Source of the DNA: a bacterium
GTDB lineage: Bacteria; Patescibacteriota; Saccharimonadia; Saccharimonadales; JAUPVS01
DNA: 64,000 nucleotides
Assembly: GCA_029780855.1 (NCBI GenBank)
Contig: JAKOXV010000003.1
Coordinates: 162,357-226,356, forward strand
Direction: 5' to 3'
Part shown: positions 54,846-64,000 of the stretch, piece after piece
How positions within the stretch are numbered: position 1 is the stretch's first letter
How the letters are laid out: every line of letters starts with the position of its first letter
The notes under the pieces: generated by a model
The model's input: the letters and a program-made list of their open reading frames with translations, nothing else
What the model was told of the DNA's origin: nothing
The model's database searches: none
Translations under genes and position numbers: made by a program

Positions 54846-57218
54846 ATGAAACTACTGCAGAATCAGTACATCAGTAAAACAAAAATCTACATGTTAATTC
54901 TCGGGTTGTTGAGTGTCATGCTGGGGGGTCACATTGCGTTCGGTAGTCCTTTAGTTGATGCCGCTCGAGATACTAGTTACGATTGCGAAAGGTACGTTCA
55001 TTACGGAGGTAGCACTTCGGTTCCTGGCGTGGGTACTTACCATGTTGTGCAATATGGCTTAAAAGGTAACGATGCAGCTCGTTGGCAGAACAATGATAAT
55101 GGGGCCATTATTGCTGATTCTGATCCTTCACCGTCAAATTACACTATTGATACTGGTCCTAACTTTGGCGATTGTGCTGCTGCGTTTGGGTATTCGCCCA
55201 TAGACTGTGACCCAAATAACGGAATCAATCTTTTTTGGGATTGTCTTGGTAACGTGCCTTTTACAAACTCATACTATAGAACTTTTTTTGGTGGATCACC
55301 TACAAAAGTGTACCTTGGAAGTGCAATAGCTCATCCTGATAACGTCGAGCACTACGAAAATAATCCAGCACTTGTGGATTCAGATTATTCTGACCCTACA
55401 AGGACGAATGCTGGGGTGACCTCGACACTACACTATCCCTTCGGTGATATAAACGACGCAGGTTTAGTAAACATTAATAATCAGAGGATTTGGTGCGTAG
55501 GTTTCGGTATCTTTTGCCGCCTCAACGCACTAACGGATGGAGCGGGAGGTAATCCTGCTGCGTGGGCTGGCTATCTAGATGCTGCACAATTTATTTCTAA
55601 TCCTACGGTTTCGCAGAATGCTATAGAGAATATTCCTAACGTTTCATATAGGGATGCGTTATTCAAAGGTTCTGGAGTGCCTGTGAGAGACCTGCATGAT
55701 GTGGGGCTGTTGGCCTCGGGTGCTACAAGCTTTCAACTAAGAATGTCAGGAGCAAACACACAAGATCCTTTTTTTGGTTGTTTAGCATCTACCGGTGTTT
55801 CTTGGGACAATGGACCAGCACCCAATAACTGTTATTCTGGTCATTTTTTGAATACAAAAGTAGCTACATACTTAACGTTTTTTGTCCCCGAAACAGCAAA
55901 CAACCCCTTTGACCCAAAGTGCGACAATATTTATCCGTCCCCAAGTAGTCCAGAACCCGGACAGTTGTTTAACATAACAGCAACCTTTAAAGACATCCAA
56001 AACATGCACAATAACGATATTAACTACCAGGCTCGGATCACAATTGATGGAACTAGTATTAACGACCGGTTGTTTGCTAACGGTAAGTTAAGCAAAACAA
56101 GCTCAGCACTGTCGGTGTCAAGCAATGATCCTAACTGGCTGAGTATTCCCACTGCCGGGCAGTATACCGGTAAAGTTACGCTTGGTCTCACGGGCCAAGA
56201 AAACAGGACGATTACCTGTCCGTTCGGAGGGAGTAATGAACCGCCTAAAATTCCCATTACAGCGAAACCGTACGTGCGGGTGTATGGTAATGACACCATA
56301 GCGGGTGGAAACTTTGCGAACACCAATGGGATATGTAGTGGACCTGACCCCAATCCTGATGCGTCTATTGCTACGTTTGCAGTCAATGAGAGTGGATGGA
56401 AGGGTAGTGGCGTAGAGTACGCCGCCTTTGCCATGGGGGCTATTATGGATAATGGCTTTATTAGTGCCAGTACCCACAACGGGGCTGCTACGGGTCCTAA
56501 GCTGGGCTTGACGTTTGGAAACTACCGGATGGGCAATGCGATGGTTAATGATTTTGGCGGGCTCAGTGGCATAAGTTCTTGCGCGCCAAATTACTATTCG
56601 CTCAAGTCTGCCAATGCTAGAAAAAGCCAAGCAGATAATATAAGTACTCTGATTAGCGCTAGCAACGAGGCGCTGGATGTTAACCCATCCAGTGGTAAAA
56701 CGATGATTAACGGAAGCTGGAGTAACATTTCTGGTAACCATGCCGTGTTTATAAACGGCGATCTGATTATTAACGATGACATTAGCCTTGCAAGCTTTAG
56801 CGATACTGATGTGAATGGAATACCTTCACTCTATGTGGTGGTGAAAGGAAATATATACCTAACCAACAAGGTAAAGCGTCTGGATGGAGTCTTTATTGCC
56901 CAACCAGATGGTAGTAGCGGCGGAACGATCTTCACGTGCGCAAAGCAGAATGCCACTACGTACACAATATCTGAACTATATGATAACTGCGGCAATCAAC
57001 TGATAGTTAACGGGGCGTTTATTGCCAATAAAGTTAGGTTTTTGCGCACGAATGGAACATTGAATGCCGCTGGTGTCGACGAGGCGCCAAGTTCGAACAA
57101 AATCGCAGAAGTGTTTAATTTTACTCCGAGTATCTATTTGGCAAAAAACCCTTACATAGTAATTCCTGACACTAAAGGCCAGAACAGCACAATAATTAGT
57201 TTGCCACCAATCTTATAA
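54846..57218 (+). CDS. large secreted Asn/Gly/Ser-rich protein (about 790 aa) upstream of the pilus locus; candidate surface/adhesin protein
   Basis: Signal peptide MKLLQNQYISKTKIYMLILGLLSVMLGGHIAFG, many Cys pairs and a beta-rich composition. Confidence 0.6.
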   Translation: MKLLQNQYISKTKIYMLILGLLSVMLGGHIAFGSPLVDAARDTSYDCERYVHYGGSTSVPGVGTYHVVQYGLKGNDAARWQNNDNGAIIADSDPSPSNYTIDTGPNFGDCAAAFGYSPIDCDPNNGINLFWDCLGNVPFTNSYYRTFFGGSPTKVYLGSAIAHPDNVEHYENNPALVDSDYSDPTRTNAGVTSTLHYPFGDINDAGLVNINNQRIWCVGFGIFCRLNALTDGAGGNPAAWAGYLDAAQFISNPTVSQNAIENIPNVSYRDALFKGSGVPVRDLHDVGLLASGATSFQLRMSGANTQDPFFGCLASTGVSWDNGPAPNNCYSGHFLNTKVATYLTFFVPETANNPFDPKCDNIYPSPSSPEPGQLFNITATFKDIQNMHNNDINYQARITIDGTSINDRLFANGKLSKTSSALSVSSNDPNWLSIPTAGQYTGKVTLGLTGQENRTITCPFGGSNEPPKIPITAKPYVRVYGNDTIAGGNFANTNGICSGPDPNPDASIATFAVNESGWKGSGVEYAAFAMGAIMDNGFISASTHNGAATGPKLGLTFGNYRMGNAMVNDFGGLSGISSCAPNYYSLKSANARKSQADNISTLISASNEALDVNPSSGKTMINGSWSNISGNHAVFINGDLIINDDISLASFSDTDVNGIPSLYVVVKGNIYLTNKVKRLDGVFIAQPDGSSGGTIFTCAKQNATTYTISELYDNCGNQLIVNGAFIANKVRFLRTNGTLNAAGVDEAPSSNKIAEVFNFTPSIYLAKNPYIVIPDTKGQNSTIISLPPIL

Positions 57219-57223
57219 AAACG

Positions 57224-57254
57224 TTGCAAATTAGTATTACGCTTATGCTATAAT
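57224..57254 (+). promoter_or_regulatory. candidate promoter for pilM operon (TTGCAA, 19 nt, TGcTATAAT)
   Basis: Perfect -10 with extended TG. The spacer is longer than ideal. Confidence 0.45.
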
Positions 57255-57264
57255 CAGCGTAAGT

Positions 57265-58305
57265 ATGAGTTTACTAACAGGCGTATCTGATTTTATTGGG
57301 CTAGACATCGGTACATCTGCAATCCGGGTGGTACAGCTTCGTGGTGGCAGTGGTGTGAAGACATTGGATAAGTATGCCTTTGCTCCCGTAGATAGTAAGC
57401 TGGCTATGAGCGATTCCAAAGCTGACCAGCAAAAGCTTATTCAGATAGTGCGGGATTTGCTGGAACAAGCTCGTATTGGTTCCAGGAACGTAGCAGTTGG
57501 CCTGCCATCACAACGAGTATTTACAACGGTGGTTGATATTGATCGTTTGGATGAAAATGAGCTAGCCAAAAGCATACGCTACCAAGCTGATTCATTGATA
57601 CCTACACCAGTGGTCGATTCAAAAATTGATTGGGCATTGTTGGGCGATTCTCCCAAGGATAAGACCAAAGTAGAACTTCTGCTTACCAGCGTAACGAACG
57701 AAATTGTAGAAAGTCGACTGGACATGCTTGAATCGATAGGGCTAAACGTGATTGCGTTCGAGCCTGATAACTTGGCTCTGGCACGAGCGCTGGTGGCTGC
57801 GGACGCTACAACACCTCAGCTAGTACTGGATATGGGAAGCAAGAGTTCGGACTTGGTTATTGTTATGAACGGTGCGGCGCGGCTCACTCGTTCCATCCCG
57901 ACTGGCTCAGATGCCATTATTAAAGCTGCCATGCAGAACTTGGGCATTGATGAAAAACAGGCACAACAGTTTGTGTTCAAGTTTGGACTAAGCAAAGACA
58001 AGCTGGAGGGGCAGATACATCAAGCTATAATTTCTACCGTTGATTTGTTGGTTGGTGAAATCGAAAAATCAATTAAGTTCTTTCAGGCTCGTTACCCCCA
58101 GGTTAAACTTGACCGTATTATCGTAACCGGTGGCGCATCAACCTTGCCGGAGTTTCCGTTGTACATTGCAAACAAGTTTGGTGTAAGCGTAGAGATTGGA
58201 AACGCCTGGCGGAATGTATCATTCCCTGCAGATATGCAAAACGAATTACTTGCCGTGTCCAATAGTTTTGGAGTAGCAGTCGGTTTAGCGGAGCGAATGG
58301 AATGA
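57265..58305 (+). CDS. pilM: type IV pilus assembly protein PilM (actin-like ATPase fold)
   Basis: IGLDIGTSAIRVVQL N-terminus and PilM/FtsA-like layout. Confidence 0.85.
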   Translation: MSLLTGVSDFIGLDIGTSAIRVVQLRGGSGVKTLDKYAFAPVDSKLAMSDSKADQQKLIQIVRDLLEQARIGSRNVAVGLPSQRVFTTVVDIDRLDENELAKSIRYQADSLIPTPVVDSKIDWALLGDSPKDKTKVELLLTSVTNEIVESRLDMLESIGLNVIAFEPDNLALARALVAADATTPQLVLDMGSKSSDLVIVMNGAARLTRSIPTGSDAIIKAAMQNLGIDEKQAQQFVFKFGLSKDKLEGQIHQAIISTVDLLVGEIEKSIKFFQARYPQVKLDRIIVTGGASTLPEFPLYIANKFGVSVEIGNAWRNVSFPADMQNELLAVSNSFGVAVGLAERME

Positions 58306-58976
58306 TTCAGCTAAACCTACTCCCCGACATTAAGCTTGATTATATTAAAGCCAATCGCACAAAACACATGGTGCTCGTGGTATCAGCCATCGTGGCAGCT
58401 AGTGCATTTACTATATTTTTGCTCATGTTTATATCGGTGAAAGTGTTTCAAAAGCAGCACATTGACCACCTGACTACAGATATTAAGAGCAATAATGCCA
58501 AGATTCAGAACATCAACGATATATCAAAGATCTTAACGGTGCAGAATCAGCTTAAGGCACTACCGGATTTACATAGTCAAAAACCGGCTACCTCACGACT
58601 TCCTGAGTACCTTATCCAGATTACCCCTAGTAATGTCTCCCTTGCTAGTGTCAATATCGACTTTACGAGCCAGACAGTTTCTATGAGTGGTTCGGCACCG
58701 AGTTTGAGTGATGTAAACACATTTGTAGATACCATTAAGTTCACAAACTACACGGTAAAGGGCACTGAGGGTTCATCTAAAGCGTTTTCAGACGTGGTGC
58801 TTACTGGTTTTTCTAAGGACCAAAAAGGCGCTAGCTACCAGATTGACTTCAAATTTGATGCTGCCATCTTTGATAACACCAAAGAAGTGAGCCTCTCCAT
58901 TCCTAAGATCATTACCACTCGTTCGGAAATTGAGAAACCAAGCGCGCTCTTTAATCAAACCGGCACGGGGCAATAG
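58302..58976 (+). CDS. pilN: type IV pilus assembly protein PilN
   Basis: MIQLNLLPD start and a single TM. Overlaps the pilM stop. Confidence 0.7.
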   Translation: MIQLNLLPDIKLDYIKANRTKHMVLVVSAIVAASAFTIFLLMFISVKVFQKQHIDHLTTDIKSNNAKIQNINDISKILTVQNQLKALPDLHSQKPATSRLPEYLIQITPSNVSLASVNIDFTSQTVSMSGSAPSLSDVNTFVDTIKFTNYTVKGTEGSSKAFSDVVLTGFSKDQKGASYQIDFKFDAAIFDNTKEVSLSIPKIITTRSEIEKPSALFNQTGTGQ

Positions 58977-58984
58977 GAACAAAT

Positions 58985-59656
58985 ATGGCAGACAAAAAAC
59001 CAACCACCAAACGACTACAAATAGATAAGGCCAACGCCATGATGGTGATTGCGGTAGCGGTCGCTTCTTTCGTGGTAACGTTTTCGATAATCGCCGCGCG
59101 CGCGCTTTGGAGTCAGCAAAACTACCAAAGTAGGGTGATAAAACAAAAGAAAGTGGCGCTAGACCAGCTCAAGAGCAATTTACAGGCAGCACAGAACCTT
59201 GATATAGCGTATAAAGAGTTCACTGGCGGCAATGATAATGTGTTAGGCGGTAATCCCTCGGGAAACGGCGAAAAGGACGGGGATAACGGTAAGATTGTCC
59301 TCGATGCGCTCCCCAGCAAATACGACTTCCCAGCTCTCGTAACCAGCGTAGAAACGCTGCTCACAAAAAACAGTATTGCAGTTAAATCAATTGGCGGAAC
59401 GGATGATCAGCTAAATCAGAATGACAAACCTGCCAGTTCACCAAAACCCGTTGAAATGCCGTTTACCTTCACTGCAGGGGGATCCTACCAGGCTCTAAAA
59501 GATTTAATGAGCGTGACGGAGCGTTCTATTCGACCAATTAACGTTCAGTCAATCTCTATAAGCGGGCAGGACAATGATTTATCCGTGACGGTCAATGCAA
59601 TAACGTATTATCAGTCAGAGGTGAGCCTAAAGATGGGAACAAAGGTAATCAAATGA
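58985..59656 (+). CDS. pilO: type IV pilus assembly protein PilO-like
   Basis: Short cytoplasmic N-terminus, TM, coiled-coil, C-terminal domain. Positioned after pilN. Confidence 0.5.
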   Translation: MADKKPTTKRLQIDKANAMMVIAVAVASFVVTFSIIAARALWSQQNYQSRVIKQKKVALDQLKSNLQAAQNLDIAYKEFTGGNDNVLGGNPSGNGEKDGDNGKIVLDALPSKYDFPALVTSVETLLTKNSIAVKSIGGTDDQLNQNDKPASSPKPVEMPFTFTAGGSYQALKDLMSVTERSIRPINVQSISISGQDNDLSVTVNAITYYQSEVSLKMGTKVIK

Positions 59657-59898
59657 AACAAAAAGATATATTAACGGTCGGTATCGTAATTTTTGTAACC
59701 GCAATCATTTCTTATTTTGTGAGCAATAAACTTTTTGCAGCACCAGCTAATCGCCAGACGCCCGTAGAGGTAGTAACCCCGATAAGTGCGGAATTTACCC
59801 AGCCTGATAGCAGGTACTTCAATAAAGACTCGCTTGATCCGACCCGACTCATACAAATTGGTGAGTCAACCAACTCACAACCGTTCAACGCTCAGTAG
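59653..59898 (+). CDS. small membrane protein in pilus operon, 81 aa
   Basis: ORF with one TM. Overlaps the pilO stop. Confidence 0.4.
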   Translation: MKQKDILTVGIVIFVTAIISYFVSNKLFAAPANRQTPVEVVTPISAEFTQPDSRYFNKDSLDPTRLIQIGESTNSQPFNAQ

Positions 59899-59909
59899 GG
59901 AGGTAGAAG

Positions 59910-61706
59910 ATGAGCGTGCTCTCAGCTGACGCCCAAAAACAAGTCGAAGAACTACTGCAGAAAGACGGCTTAGTCTCTAAGGAAAAAATAGATGAGGTCC
60001 GAAAAAAAGCGGCAAAAGAAAGCGTACCGCTTTTTGGTGAGCTGGTTTCTGAAGGAATTATTACTAATGAGCAGCTTACCAAAACAATTGCTACTGTTAC
60101 TAAAATCCCGTATGTCAATTTGAGCACCGCCCAGATAGATGCTGATGTATTGCAACTCCTGCCGCAGGACATTGCGGAGCGCTATATGGCGGTACCACTG
60201 GGTGAAATGCAGCAGCGATTGGTGGTTGCTATGCTCGACGCCGACAATGTCCAAGCGGTAGACTTTTTGGCAAACAAAATTGGCCGGCCGCTCAAGGTTT
60301 ATGCCGCCAGTGAGGAAGGAATACGACGCATACTCGGCCAATATGATAATGCCAACATCGACAAAGAGGTTGCCGGGGCGCTCGGAGCCCATCTAGACGA
60401 AGAAGATTCTGCCGAACGAAAGGAAAAGAAGAAAGAGCAACCTAAAAATATCGAGGCCATGGTCCAAGATTCGCCGATTAGTAAGGCCCTGACCACTATT
60501 CTAGATTACGCTGCAAAAAACCGCGCCAGCGATATCCATATTGAGCCGTTGGAGAACGAATTACGTATCCGTTGCCGAATAGACGGCGTGCTGCGTGAAA
60601 TCATGAAACTACCAAAAAGCACCGAACCGCCTCTTGTCTCCCGTATAAAAATTTTATCCAACCTGAAGATAGATGAGCATCGCATCCCACAGGATGGTCA
60701 GTTTAGTATTGTGGCTAACAATCATCCGATTGACCTGCGTATCGCCATTTCTCCGGTAGTGTGGGGAGAACAGGTAGTAATACGTCTGCTAGATAAGACC
60801 GGTACGAGCCTCAAGCTGGAAGACATGGGCTATACAGGGCGGGCTTTGCGAATGATTAGGAAGGGACTAAAACGGCCGAACGGCATGATTCTCACTTCTG
60901 GACCGACCGGTTCCGGTAAGTCAACATCCATGTATGCCATGATCCAGGAAATCAAAAACGATAGCATAAACATCGTCACGCTAGAGGATCCGGTAGAATA
61001 CAAAATGCAAGGTATCAACCAGATTCAAGTGAATGCTGATGTGGGACTTACCTTTGCATCCGGGCTCCGGTCTATCTTGCGTCAAGATCCGAACGTCGTG
61101 ATGGTAGGTGAGATTCGTGATAAAGAGACTGCTACCCTGGCGGTGCAAGCTGCCCTTACCGGACACTTGGTGTTCTCAACATTGCATACCAACTCAGCTG
61201 CCGGAATTCTTCCTCGTTTACTCGACATGGGTATTGAGCCCTTCCTGATAGCCTCTACCGTCCATACAGTTATTGGTCAGCGATTGGTTCGTCGGCTAAC
61301 CGAAAGTCGTCAAAGTTATCAATCTGACGCAGCGGAAGCGGAAGCAGTTCATGCCACAATCGGATCCCTACTACCCGAGAAGACAGAAGACGTTAAAAAA
61401 GTTGGCGAAGATTTGGGGTACGAAACCTTGCCTCTTAGAGGCCAAAATGCTTATACTTTATTCAAGGGCGCGGATAGTCCTGATAATCCAGGAGGATACA
61501 AAGGTCGGATGGGCTTGTACGAGGTGTTTGAAGTAACCTCGGCAATCCAGGAACTCATCTTAAAACAAGCACCGAGTTCTGAAATCCAAAAAGCAGCACA
61601 AGCCGAGGGTATGATAACTATGCGCCAGGATGGCTACCTGAAGGCTTTGGCAGGAGAGACAACATTACAAGAGGTAAATCGCGTTGCTGCGGCAGATAGC
61701 GCGTAA
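59910..61706 (+). CDS. pilB: type IV pilus assembly ATPase PilB (GspE family)
   Basis: N-terminal GspE_N domain, Walker A GPTGSGKST and an Asp box. Confidence 0.93.
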   Translation: MSVLSADAQKQVEELLQKDGLVSKEKIDEVRKKAAKESVPLFGELVSEGIITNEQLTKTIATVTKIPYVNLSTAQIDADVLQLLPQDIAERYMAVPLGEMQQRLVVAMLDADNVQAVDFLANKIGRPLKVYAASEEGIRRILGQYDNANIDKEVAGALGAHLDEEDSAERKEKKKEQPKNIEAMVQDSPISKALTTILDYAAKNRASDIHIEPLENELRIRCRIDGVLREIMKLPKSTEPPLVSRIKILSNLKIDEHRIPQDGQFSIVANNHPIDLRIAISPVVWGEQVVIRLLDKTGTSLKLEDMGYTGRALRMIRKGLKRPNGMILTSGPTGSGKSTSMYAMIQEIKNDSINIVTLEDPVEYKMQGINQIQVNADVGLTFASGLRSILRQDPNVVMVGEIRDKETATLAVQAALTGHLVFSTLHTNSAAGILPRLLDMGIEPFLIASTVHTVIGQRLVRRLTESRQSYQSDAAEAEAVHATIGSLLPEKTEDVKKVGEDLGYETLPLRGQNAYTLFKGADSPDNPGGYKGRMGLYEVFEVTSAIQELILKQAPSSEIQKAAQAEGMITMRQDGYLKALAGETTLQEVNRVAAADSA

Positions 61707-61716
61707 AAGGTGAAGG

Positions 61717-62790
61717 GTGGCTATGCAAGGACAACCAAAAATCGAAATACTACTAGAAGAGGTAATCAAAAAGAAAGCCTCTGACCTTCATATTCAAGTG
61801 GGGCTTCCGCCTATGTTACGTGTTGATGGTTCACTGGTCGCGGTATCGGGTGCTGATCCGCTGAACGAAGAGGCAGTAGAATCGCTGGTGTTTGCCATTT
61901 TGGACGAAGATCAAAAGCAAATTCTCTTAAAAGACAAAGAGTTTGACTTTAGTTTCGCGTTTGGAGACTTAGGCCGGTTCCGTGTTAACGCGTTTCATGA
62001 GCGCGGTAACTTGGCGGCCGCACTGCGTTTAATCCCGAATGAAATTCTAACGATTGAGCAGCTCGGATTGCCGCAAGTGGTTAATAAGTTTGCTGATTAT
62101 CCACGAGGACTGGTACTGGTAACCGGCCCGACTGGTTCCGGTAAGTCAACCACATTGGCTGCACTGGTTCATAAAATTAATGCCGAGCGAGCCTGTCACA
62201 TTGTGACCATCGAAGATCCGATTGAATTTACGCATAAATCCCAGAAATCGGTGATTGTGCAACGAGAAGTACACTATGACACCTATTCATTCTCTGCGGC
62301 GCTCCGTAGTAGCTTGCGACAAGACCCGGACGTTGTCTTGATCGGTGAGATGCGCGACCTCGAAACTATTGCTGCTGCGATTACTATCGCCGAAACCGGC
62401 CACTTGGTCTTTGCAACACTTCATACCAACTCTGCTTCTCAGAGTATTGATCGTATGATTGACGTGTTCCCGCCGCACCAGCAGCCACAAATTCGTTCAC
62501 AGCTTGCAAACATTCTACAAGCTATCTGTTCACAGCGGCTGGCGCCAGCAATCGGTGGCGGTCGGGTGGTGGCAGCAGAAATTCTAATTGCTACGCCAGC
62601 AGTACGCAACATCATCCGTGAAGGTAAGAGCCACCAACTAGAAGCAGTTATACAGACCGGTGCAGAGCATGGCATGCAATCCATGGACAAGACGCTGGTT
62701 AACATGATTCATAACGGTACAATCACCTATGATGAAGCCCGAAACTTTGCCGTGGACATAGAAGAACTAGACCGGTTAATGCGAGGCTAG
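61717..62790 (+). CDS. pilT: twitching motility ATPase PilT
   Basis: Walker A GPTGSGKSTT and PilT length and motifs. Confidence 0.93.
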   Translation: MAMQGQPKIEILLEEVIKKKASDLHIQVGLPPMLRVDGSLVAVSGADPLNEEAVESLVFAILDEDQKQILLKDKEFDFSFAFGDLGRFRVNAFHERGNLAAALRLIPNEILTIEQLGLPQVVNKFADYPRGLVLVTGPTGSGKSTTLAALVHKINAERACHIVTIEDPIEFTHKSQKSVIVQREVHYDTYSFSAALRSSLRQDPDVVLIGEMRDLETIAAAITIAETGHLVFATLHTNSASQSIDRMIDVFPPHQQPQIRSQLANILQAICSQRLAPAIGGGRVVAAEILIATPAVRNIIREGKSHQLEAVIQTGAEHGMQSMDKTLVNMIHNGTITYDEARNFAVDIEELDRLMRG

Positions 62791-62791
62791 T

Positions 62792-64000
62792 ATGCTAACG
62801 TACGAATATACCGCAAAAGATTCCGCGACTGGCCAGAAAGTAAAATCAGAAGTACAGGCTGAAAGCGAGCATGCTGCGGTGCAGATGATAACCAAAGAAG
62901 GTTTAGCGCCGATAGAAATTACGCTGAAGCAAAACGCCAACGGTTCGCTGTTGGGTAAGTTTCTCCACCGCATAAGGGTGAAGGATAAGGTACTGTTTTC
63001 TCGGCAGCTTTCGACATTGATTAACGCCGGTTTACCGCTGGTCCAAAGTTTGCGTAACGTCGCCAGACAAACCTCTAATAAGAATCTCCAAGAGGTGATA
63101 TCTAAAGTTATTGCTGACGTTGAGGCTGGTTCGAGTTTTTCGTCGGCATTGGCAAAGTTCCCGCAGGTATTTGATGAGGTTTTTATAAACCTTATTGCTG
63201 CCGGTGAAGCTTCTGGTACACTGGATCGTTCACTTGAGCGATTGGCTGATCAACAAGAAAAAGATGCTGAGATTCTCAGCAAGGTACGCGGCGCCATGAT
63301 TTACCCGGTAATTGTCCTGCTTGTCATGGTGGGAGTGGTCGGGTTTATGATTATTGCGGTATTGCCACAAGTGCAAAAGGTGTACGATGGCATAAAAGGT
63401 GCGCATCTACCCATCCTGACCCGTGTATTGCTGGCCGTTTCTAATTTTATGGTTCACTGGTGGTGGATTGTATTAGCTGTTGTAGTTGCGGGGACATTCT
63501 TCACTACGCGATGGGCGCGTACTTTCGGTGGTAAACAAGTGATTGACCGAATAAAGATGAAAGCGTGGCCTATTGGACCGCTCTTTAGAAAGCTATATAT
63601 GGCACGTTTTGCTCGAACTGGCTCGACTCTCGTCGCCAGCGGCGTACCTCTCATCCAGATGCTCCAAATAACCTCAAAATCAGTGAACAATGTACACGTG
63701 GAGGCTTCTCTAAAGCGAGCAACTGATAAAGTACGCGGAGGTAAGGCACTGTCTGAAGCGCTTGCCAATGACCCAAACTTTCTCGAGCTTGTCCCAAATA
63801 TGTTAAAAATTGGTGAAGATTCCGGTTCTATGGAGCAAATGCTCGAAAAGACTGCGGACTACTATGAAAAAGAAGTCGATACGCAGATAAAAAACATCTC
63901 CACTATTATCGAACCGGTTCTCATGATTATCCTCGGCGTTGTGGCGCTGCTGATTGTTGCGGCAATCTTGCTGCCTATATACGGGCTTGTCGGGCAGAAT
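62792..64000 (+). CDS. pilC: type IV pilus inner-membrane platform protein PilC (GspF family), partial; continues beyond the window end
   Basis: Two GspF repeats with TM segments. Absent from the ORF track because no stop falls inside the window. Confidence 0.88.
   Translation, partial: MLTYEYTAKDSATGQKVKSEVQAESEHAAVQMITKEGLAPIEITLKQNANGSLLGKFLHRIRVKDKVLFSRQLSTLINAGLPLVQSLRNVARQTSNKNLQEVISKVIADVEAGSSFSSALAKFPQVFDEVFINLIAAGEASGTLDRSLERLADQQEKDAEILSKVRGAMIYPVIVLLVMVGVVGFMIIAVLPQVQKVYDGIKGAHLPILTRVLLAVSNFMVHWWWIVLAVVVAGTFFTTRWARTFGGKQVIDRIKMKAWPIGPLFRKLYMARFARTGSTLVASGVPLIQMLQITSKSVNNVHVEASLKRATDKVRGGKALSEALANDPNFLELVPNMLKIGEDSGSMEQMLEKTADYYEKEVDTQIKNISTIIEPVLMIILGVVALLIVAAILLPIYGLVGQN

Overview
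This 64 kb window reads as a gene-dense chromosomal segment from a small-genome bacterium. About 80 CDS sit at roughly 50% GC, many with overlapping start/stop codons. TGA is used as a stop codon, so the standard code applies. Gene content suggests a Patescibacteria/Saccharibacteria-like lineage: archaeal-type bifunctional PGI/PMI, a CarS-like CDP-lipid synthase, type IV pilus genes, a dnaG-rpoD arrangement with no rpsU, rpsF-ssb-rpsR with no rplI, and no fatty-acid synthesis genes. That placement is inference only. Housekeeping genes recognised from motifs are tsaD (partial), a MurE-like Mur ligase, groES/groEL with CIRCE, argS, mscL, msrB, orn, dnaG, rpoD, polA, folP, mutM, dut, holA, rpsT, truB, rpsO, pnp, a family-4-like UDG, RNase J, ftsK, rpsF, ssb, rpsR, efp, tlyA, a Crp/Fnr regulator, ychF, an Lnt-like acyltransferase, a CAP-domain protein, and a pilM-N-O-B-T-C locus (pilC runs off the window end). 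No rRNA, tRNA, CRISPR array or transposase is visible. The leads worth following are: (1) a translationally coupled three-gene operon of CDP-alcohol phosphatidyltransferase, PHP phosphoesterase and CarS-like cytidylyltransferase, which looks like an archaeal-style CDP-lipid head-group pathway; (2) two short segments of roughly 65-70% GC carrying high-GC3 CDS, plus a long hairpin and a perfect palindrome, consistent with DNA acquired from a high-GC (actinobacterial-type) donor; (3) a polA-coupled cluster of a VOC-fold protein, a MazG-like NTP pyrophosphohydrolase and two tandem paralogous putative 2OG/Fe(II)-oxygenase-fold proteins; (4) cofactor-site losses, namely a DnaG zinc-binding domain with all four Zn ligands replaced, a family-4-like UDG lacking three of four Fe-S cysteines, and an NrnA-like DHH protein with degenerate catalytic motifs fused to a roughly 350-aa Pro-rich tail; (5) a WhiB-like gene next to rpoD/polA, an Arg-type EF-P, and a PolA motif C reading HDA instead of HDE. 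All calls come from reading the sequence and the ORF translations. No database searches were run.
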